In this document: positions 33,226 to 38,923 of the stretch, one piece after another
Position numbering within the stretch: position 1 is the stretch's first letter
Layout: every line of letters starts with the position of its first letter
From: Hymenobacter sp.
GTDB lineage: Bacteria > Bacteroidota > Bacteroidia > Cytophagales > Hymenobacteraceae
Assembly (NCBI GenBank): GCA_043763525.1
Contig: JAYULN010000569.1
Coordinates: forward strand, 1-38,923
DNA length: 38,923 nt
Direction of reading: 5' to 3'
Notes under the pieces: model-generated
What the model saw: only the letters and a program-made list of their open reading frames with translations
Database searches by the model: none
Told to the model about the DNA's origin: nothing
Program-made: the position numbers and the translations under genes

Positions 33226-36200
33226 CTACCGGGTTCGATAATAATATTGATACTGCTTGAGAACGTTGCGGTCGTGGTCGCGTAATAAACTGAGCCGGTT
33301 CAATTCATCGTATTCGTAGTGGATGGAGCGACTGTTGGCATCGGATGTACTGGTAAGGCCAATACCTGGGGCGTGGGTATAAGTTGTCATCAATGCACCG
33401 ACGGGATATAGTCGAACATCATCCACTGCGATTCGCTGACCAGGTGCATCGAATGCGACACTACCAGTGGGGTTTACGATGCTTCCTTGTGTCACACGTA
33501 TGCGATAACGCAGCAAATGGAACCCCAGTGGATCTGTCCGCTCGTCTGTCTGGCTTATGATTTGACTGGCGTTATCGGTCCAAACACTGACACTACCTAG
33601 TCCTGCTTGAGCCCAGAAACTCAATTCGTAGTCGCCCGGAGCCAAGTTAGCCCGGTTAACACTCCAATTACCAGCCAAAATATAAAATCCTTTTCCCGTC
33701 GCGCCGCCACTTCTTTGCAGATTGATGGGGTTGCCGCTTGCATCCAATTGTCCAAGCTTTGGATTGTAGTCCCAGCCGTACGGCCCTGCAGACTGAAAAG
33801 TGCCGCTGATGCTGTAGCTGGGCCCATCGGCCTCAAAGCCAGTATAGGCAATTTGATTAGGAGCCGCATTGTCCACTTTGGCAACCAGCAGTGTTTTGTT
33901 GTAGTCCCAGAGATAGCTGCTGGTCAAGCCGCCATCCTTTAGTAAACCGATTGGGTTACTCTGGCTGTCGTACTGCATCCAAGTAGTTTTCAAGCGCATT
34001 TGTGCATTACTTCCTCCCACTACAAAAGGGCCGCTACTGCCGGCGCTATAAGCCACATGCGTATACTGCGAATTGGTCAGCAGTTGTCCGCTTTCTAGGT
34101 TGTAAGACTTATATGGCAGAATATACGCATTTCCTGCACCACCCCATTTATACGTTTGCACTTGCGCCGCACTGATTTGCCCATTCCGTGTCGTAATAGT
34201 CTCAATGGGGTAATTCAGCATGTTCTGTGAGGCCATAGCATAAATAGCACTCGCCTCTGCGTCAGTTGGCGGGGAGGATGACGCGTTGGGATAGACGATG
34301 TTGAACGGGTAGGTATACGATACAACCAGTGACTTGCCTTTGCTGTCGGTGGTGGTACTGCTTGCGATTAGTTTGGAGGAATCGTAAGTGTAGCTGGTTG
34401 TGGTAGTGTGAGGACTTTCTCCATTGCTGTCATAGACCGTTTCGGATTGCTGAGAGGGTAAGCTAGCATAAGTGTAAAGGCGGTAGGCGGTACCTTCCTC
34501 CAGCGATTGCTGTGAACCACCACAAATGCCTGTCAACCGCACTTTAACTGCGCGTACGAATGAACCAGCGGTCCCTTTCTGGAATGCTATGTAATCAGTT
34601 TGACGACGTTTCACACATTTGTCCGCCGCTGAATACATTTCCTCCTTCGTCAGGTTACCCCGCTCCTGCTCACACATTGAGAATGGTTCATAGGCGGTGC
34701 GTGTAGGCTGTAGCACGTTCCCTTGCTCGTCAGGGTGGCCAGCCTCTGTATCGAAGTTGCTAAATGAATACTTGGTATAACTGTTGTCACTACGTTTTTC
34801 TACTACCTGACTGTAACCAACATGGCTTCCATGGCTGTTCATGCTTGATGGCAGAACTGATTGCGACGAAAAGACATTGTTTGTAACGGTACTATTATCT
34901 GTGAAGCTTTTCAGGGTGTACAAAAATTCATACTGTACCTGTCCACCGAGTACACCCGTCGAAGTCAATCCATTCACGGCGGTAGAACTGGCAGCGGCAG
35001 TATAACCACTCACATAGAAATATTCTTTCTCTAGCTTATTAGTGGGGTCGCTGAGACTGAAGCTTGTGATTTTTTTGATTCGAACACCTCCAGCCTGTTT
35101 GTTGGTTGAAGGATTGGCAGGTGCCTGACGGTTCAAAGCAACTTGCTTGCTGTAGCTGTGGGGTTCATAGAGGAACTCTGTTGTTCCGCCGGTCGGATAT
35201 GTAATCTGCTTTAGCATCCCACTTAGGTATACTGCTGGAGTAGCACTGGGTTCGCGGAAGCTATAGTAGCTCGTGCGATTGTCAAATGGGGCATAGACAT
35301 CATTGAAGAAACCCCAATGGTCAGTCCGACTCGATAAGTATTGTGCTTGACGGTTCAGTACGGTTCCGTTATATGTGTAACTATAATCGTAATAAGTAAA
35401 CTTGAAAGCGGGCTTAGAGCTTCCGGTACTACCAAATTCCTGTATTTTTTGCAAAGTCAGTCGTTCTAAGTCATTGCTGCTATAACTAAAGACGAAACTT
35501 TTTTGCAGCGCGTTTTGCTGGTTTACAGTTAACTGGTTTAGCTGCTTCCATTGCAATTTCTGCAAGACAGCAGCTGGATTCCCGCGATACGTTGGGCCGG
35601 TAAAATAATCTTCTAAATAGGGCAGGAAGTTATATTGCTTAGTCCATATATGATTATAATAGTAATCATATACAGGTATGCTATAGGTTAGCTCTGTTGT
35701 ATTACCCCGAGAAAACGTGACATTCGTATTGGACCCTTGAATATTGGTAAGGTATACTGGGGAGAGCAGTTTGCCTCTGTAATAGGCCTCAGGTACAGTT
35801 CCAAGGGGACTGCCAAAATTTGAACAGCTAAACGTGCCTAAAAAAGTACCATCGTTAGCACGGTTATTGCTTGTAGCCTGGTCAAAGGCTACGTACATCT
35901 GATTGATGAAAGTGGTTTCTCGCGCATAGCTAAAGGTGACTTCGTGGCCATCTGGTGCGATAATTCTAGTCAATACCCAAGAGTCTGCGAACCAAGGGGC
36001 TACTTGTTGGTCATAAAACGGAATACTGTATTCGACGGAAGATGCGGTACCCCCAAAAATGTATTGGGTACCGTCTTCTGTTATTACCGAAAAACCACCG
36101 TATGCTTTTGGATACGGTCCGTTGAGAGAAGCGCCTGGGCGTGATATAGGCACAGATACGAACGGGGCACTTGGATTAAGCAGTGTTACCTTCAGGGGCT

Positions 36201-36837
36201 TATCGCTTTGGACTTGCCAGGCACCTTTGTGGTCCAAATAAAATTTGCCGCTGTAGCCCATGAAGTTGAAGCTAAACTCATCAGGTTCAGAATCCCCCAA
36301 ATACTTTGGTATTCCCCGGTCTTGTTCACTGCATAAAGCCCGGATACGAGTATTGGAATCCCAATCGCTTACATCCAAATAATTATGAGTAAAGTAGTAG
36401 CCTCTTTGTAAAGCATACCCACCCGTCGTAGGGTCATCATACTCATCCGGCAAATCTCGGATGGTACGATTAATTCTTCCCCCCACATTGAGATTCCACC
36501 CCAACCCTACCCAACCCGGATGCTGGTCGGGCTGAAAACCGGACGCGTGATAGTTCAGCGACATCGGCACAGTAATAGGCCCTTCTTTAAGGTTATATAT
36601 TGGAACGTCTATATTTGCTGTTCCAGTGTATAACGATACTGGCACATCGCCAAACAGTTGAGAATTAGCAGCGTTGGGCGTTAAGACTCCGATTGGTTGC
36701 TGGGGTATTTGGGCCTTAATAGAAGTTACGTAGAAACTTATTAACCATATAACCAAAACAGGTTGAAAGAAACGTGGCTTGATAGCTTGTTTGCACGTTG
36801 AAAAAACACTTGAATTTCGGTGTGGCATTTTAAGCAT
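33226..36837 (-). CDS. Large secreted YD/RHS-like repeat protein, the usual upstream partner of Bacteroidota DUF6443 RHS proteins
   Basis: Signal peptide (IKAQ); PNAANSQLFGDVPVSLYTGT, WVGLGWNL, DSEPDEFSFNF, DHWGF, ITYPTGG, GGVRIKKI, HVGYSQV, TTYTHAPGIG, YEYDELNRL. Start uncertain (ATG 36837 or 36828). Confidence 0.85.
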   Translation of the reverse strand: MLKMPHRNSSVFSTCKQAIKPRFFQPVLVIWLISFYVTSIKAQIPQQPIGVLTPNAANSQLFGDVPVSLYTGTANIDVPIYNLKEGPITVPMSLNYHASGFQPDQHPGWVGLGWNLNVGGRINRTIRDLPDEYDDPTTGGYALQRGYYFTHNYLDVSDWDSNTRIRALCSEQDRGIPKYLGDSEPDEFSFNFMGYSGKFYLDHKGAWQVQSDKPLKVTLLNPSAPFVSVPISRPGASLNGPYPKAYGGFSVITEDGTQYIFGGTASSVEYSIPFYDQQVAPWFADSWVLTRIIAPDGHEVTFSYARETTFINQMYVAFDQATSNNRANDGTFLGTFSCSNFGSPLGTVPEAYYRGKLLSPVYLTNIQGSNTNVTFSRGNTTELTYSIPVYDYYYNHIWTKQYNFLPYLEDYFTGPTYRGNPAAVLQKLQWKQLNQLTVNQQNALQKSFVFSYSSNDLERLTLQKIQEFGSTGSSKPAFKFTYYDYSYTYNGTVLNRQAQYLSSRTDHWGFFNDVYAPFDNRTSYYSFREPSATPAVYLSGMLKQITYPTGGTTEFLYEPHSYSKQVALNRQAPANPSTNKQAGGVRIKKITSFSLSDPTNKLEKEYFYVSGYTAAASSTAVNGLTSTGVLGGQVQYEFLYTLKSFTDNSTVTNNVFSSQSVLPSSMNSHGSHVGYSQVVEKRSDNSYTKYSFSNFDTEAGHPDEQGNVLQPTRTAYEPFSMCEQERGNLTKEEMYSAADKCVKRRQTDYIAFQKGTAGSFVRAVKVRLTGICGGSQQSLEEGTAYRLYTYASLPSQQSETVYDSNGESPHTTTTSYTYDSSKLIASSTTTDSKGKSLVVSYTYPFNIVYPNASSSPPTDAEASAIYAMASQNMLNYPIETITTRNGQISAAQVQTYKWGGAGNAYILPYKSYNLESGQLLTNSQYTHVAYSAGSSGPFVVGGSNAQMRLKTTWMQYDSQSNPIGLLKDGGLTSSYLWDYNKTLLVAKVDNAAPNQIAYTGFEADGPSYSISGTFQSAGPYGWDYNPKLGQLDASGNPINLQRSGGATGKGFYILAGNWSVNRANLAPGDYELSFWAQAGLGSVSVWTDNASQIISQTDERTDPLGFHLLRYRIRVTQGSIVNPTGSVAFDAPGQRIAVDDVRLYPVGALMTTYTHAPGIGLTSTSDANSRSIHYEYDELNRLSLLRDHDRNVLKQYQYYYRTR

Positions 36838-37570
36838 GGTAGTGTCAGTTAGTACGCTTGTCGGAAAAGCAGAGTAGAAAGTTAGCATAACTCTAAGGTT
36901 ACACCAGGACAATAATTACAACCGGTTCCTCCGTGCAAATGCAAGACGGGAATAAAAAAGATATCCGACGGGCTGAGGGAAAGAGAACTTAGCGGACCAA
37001 TAGGTAGAAATGGCACTTTACCAGAGGCTGGCCTAGGGCGCGCGAAAACTGGTTAACCTTAATAACTCAGTGATTCTGAGAGAAGCCGGCAGCCGGTTAG
37101 TTATTGAGCAGTCCGACTTGTGGTGGAAACACAAGTCGAGTAACAGTACCCTCTGGCCAGCTAAAGGATGGTTATGTACATGTAAATATTCAAGCTTTTT
37201 TCATATTAATCAAGCACCAGCAAGGAAAAGCTATTCAATATGCTGGTAATCAATGATAAGAAATATGGCATTAGCAATGCACCATTTTTAATTAAAATGT
37301 AGTTATGTATCAATAATTATTCAATTATATGGTAGGTCCGTGAACACGCTCCGTTCATTGAAAGGAGCGCGTACGGCCAACGCTTTTAGGGCGCCCACGA
37401 ACAGGACCGAGTTACGAGTATGGCTGACTGCCGGGCCATTCCCTTTGATGAAGCCAAGCGCTACGCCAAGCTGCGAAAGCTATTGGGCGTTTGCGGTCTG
37501 CATGCTGACCTGCTACGTCGTACCTTCCTCAATCCCTAGGGAGAAATTCTGCCAGAATGAGGTGGTCCAG

Positions 37571-38470
37571 TTACGCTGGACAGTTTAGGGCGTTATTTTG
37601 AAGAAGCTGTTGATGAGTGTGATAGGGCGTTTGATAGTCGATGCTGGAGTGCAGGCGCTCGTGGTTGTAGTAGTCAAAATAGTCGGCGACGCTGGCCTGC
37701 GCGTCGGCCAGGTCGGCGAAAACAGGCCGCTCGCGTAGTTCGAGCACCTCGGTTTTGAGGCGGGACCACAGACTTTCGGCCTGCGCGTTGTCGTAGCAGT
37801 CGCCGCGGCGGCTCTGCGAGCGCACGGCCCCATGGTCGTGCAGTAGCTTTCGGTACGCATTGCCACAGTACTGCCCGCCGCGGTCCGAGTGCACGAGCAG
37901 GCCCGGCGTGGGCAGCTGGGCCCAAAAAGCGCGTTGCAAGGCCCTGGTGACCAGTTCTTCCGGCATCGTGGCCCCGACTTGCCAGCCGACTACCTGCTTG
38001 CTGGCCACGTCCTGGAACGCGCAGAGATAGGCCCACTCGCCGTTCGCCAGCGGCAAATACGTGATGTCGCTGACCCAGACCCGGTTCGCTTGGGTCGGCT
38101 TGGGCTGGTCCAGCAGCCGGTTCGGCGCGCAGCGCAGCCCGTGGGTGGAATCGGTGGTGCGCGGCGTAAAGGCCTTGGGTTGCAGCGCGCGCAGGCCCCG
38201 CCGGCGCATGGCCCCGCGCAGGCGGTGACGGCCGATGCGATGGCCTTTTCGGCGCAAGGCGACCTGGAGCCGGCGCGTGCCGTAGCGGCGTTTGTGGTGG
38301 CCGAATACCTTCACCAGCGCCGTTTCCCAGGCGGGCTCGCCTGGTGCTACACTTTGTTGTTGCGCGTGTTGCCACGCGTAGTACCCGCTGGCCGGTACGC
38401 GAAGCAACTGGCAGAGCAGGCGCACGGGGTGCGTGGCCCGCTGCCCGTCGATGAAGCGGTAGCGGCTCAT
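37571..38470 (-). CDS. IS3-family transposase OrfB (DDE/rve integrase core)
   Basis: YGTRRL, WVSDITY, HSDRGGQY, DNAQAES, YYNHERLHSSI. Confidence 0.95.
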   Translation of the reverse strand: MSRYRFIDGQRATHPVRLLCQLLRVPASGYYAWQHAQQQSVAPGEPAWETALVKVFGHHKRRYGTRRLQVALRRKGHRIGRHRLRGAMRRRGLRALQPKAFTPRTTDSTHGLRCAPNRLLDQPKPTQANRVWVSDITYLPLANGEWAYLCAFQDVASKQVVGWQVGATMPEELVTRALQRAFWAQLPTPGLLVHSDRGGQYCGNAYRKLLHDHGAVRSQSRRGDCYDNAQAESLWSRLKTEVLELRERPVFADLADAQASVADYFDYYNHERLHSSIDYQTPYHTHQQLLQNNALNCPA

Positions 38471-38775
38471 TGGTCCGGTGTCTGTGAGAAGATGGCGATG
38501 GCTTTTTTTAAAATATCCAGTTCCTGTGCCTGCCGCCGGGCCAAGGCCCGCAGCTGACGCAACTCAGCCGCCGTGGCTGGGTCCAAATCGGCCCCGCGAG
38601 CCGCTGCGACGGGCGTGAGGGCTTCTTTCTGCCACTTATAGAGCAGTTTGGGACTGATGTTGAGGGCGCGGGCGGCCGCCTGGGTGGAACGGCTCTCGCC
38701 CGCCAGGCGCAGGGCCTCGACGCGGAAGGCGGCGTCATAACGCCGACGTTTAACAGGTGGGGGGCTGTCTTTCAT
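38467..38775 (-). CDS. IS3-family transposase OrfA (HTH)
   Basis: RRRYDAAFRVEAL...LYKW...ILKKAIAIFS; AAAAAAAG slippery site near 38502-38509 and ATGA overlap with orfB. Confidence 0.93.
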   Translation of the reverse strand: MKDSPPPVKRRRYDAAFRVEALRLAGESRSTQAAARALNISPKLLYKWQKEALTPVAAARGADLDPATAAELRQLRALARRQAQELDILKKAIAIFSQTPDQ

Positions 38776-38923
38776 GACAATCGAAAGTTAAGACCCTATT
38801 CTGTCCAGATTTATCCGACCACCTCAAGCCACTGCGTATTAAAATACTGAGTGTTGGTTCGGTACTCTGCAGGCGGTACCCCCGTGGCGCTACCCGCCAG
38901 AAAACGCTGCATTTGCCAGCCCT

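Larger units (their letters stand above)
37558..38826 (-). mobile_element. Complete IS3-family insertion sequence (1269 bp)
   Basis: Imperfect terminal IRs TGAGGTGGTCCAGTTACGCTGGACAG (from 37558) and CTGTCCAGATTTATCCGACCACCTCA (to 38826); TG...CA ends; orfA and orfB inside. Confidence 0.92.

Noticed and set aside
36913-37557. Possible ncRNA or small ORF upstream of the RHS operon (hairpin 37114-37138; ORF 37340-37588)
   Set aside because: Short hairpins only, no recognisable RNA family; the ORF runs into the IS end and lacks motifs.

Overview
A GC-rich Bacteroidota window. T9SS C-terminal domains, TAnnTTTG promoters and the gene content suggest a Hymenobacter-like genome (inference). Bases 1-16.3 kb are mostly ordinary: TPR fragment, OmpA/PD40 protein, hybrid sensor kinase plus LytTR regulator, PKD protein, T9SS S8 peptidase, Zn-dependent dehydrogenase, lpxH and a LUD protein. 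This stretch also holds several REP-like inverted repeats and an ABC-type ATPase plus TOPRIM-like gene pair (candidate defence module). The most unusual locus is 16.5-23.4 kb. It has an intact full-length LanB dehydratase, a LytS/LytTR pair, an unannotated 43-aa Ser/Thr-rich precursor with no cysteine (21764-21895) behind a consensus promoter, and a LanC-like protein that has lost its catalytic His and two of three Zn ligands. This points to a dehydroamino-acid peptide without lanthionine rings, possibly a signal. From 23.5 kb there is an accessory island: nested Tn3-like ends with a resolvase pseudogene, then a YD-repeat protein, an RHS toxin with an Ntox44-like tip, a lipoprotein and a GEVED/PKD T9SS protein in one apparent operon, and a complete IS3-family element. 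All family calls come from motifs read by eye; no searches were run.
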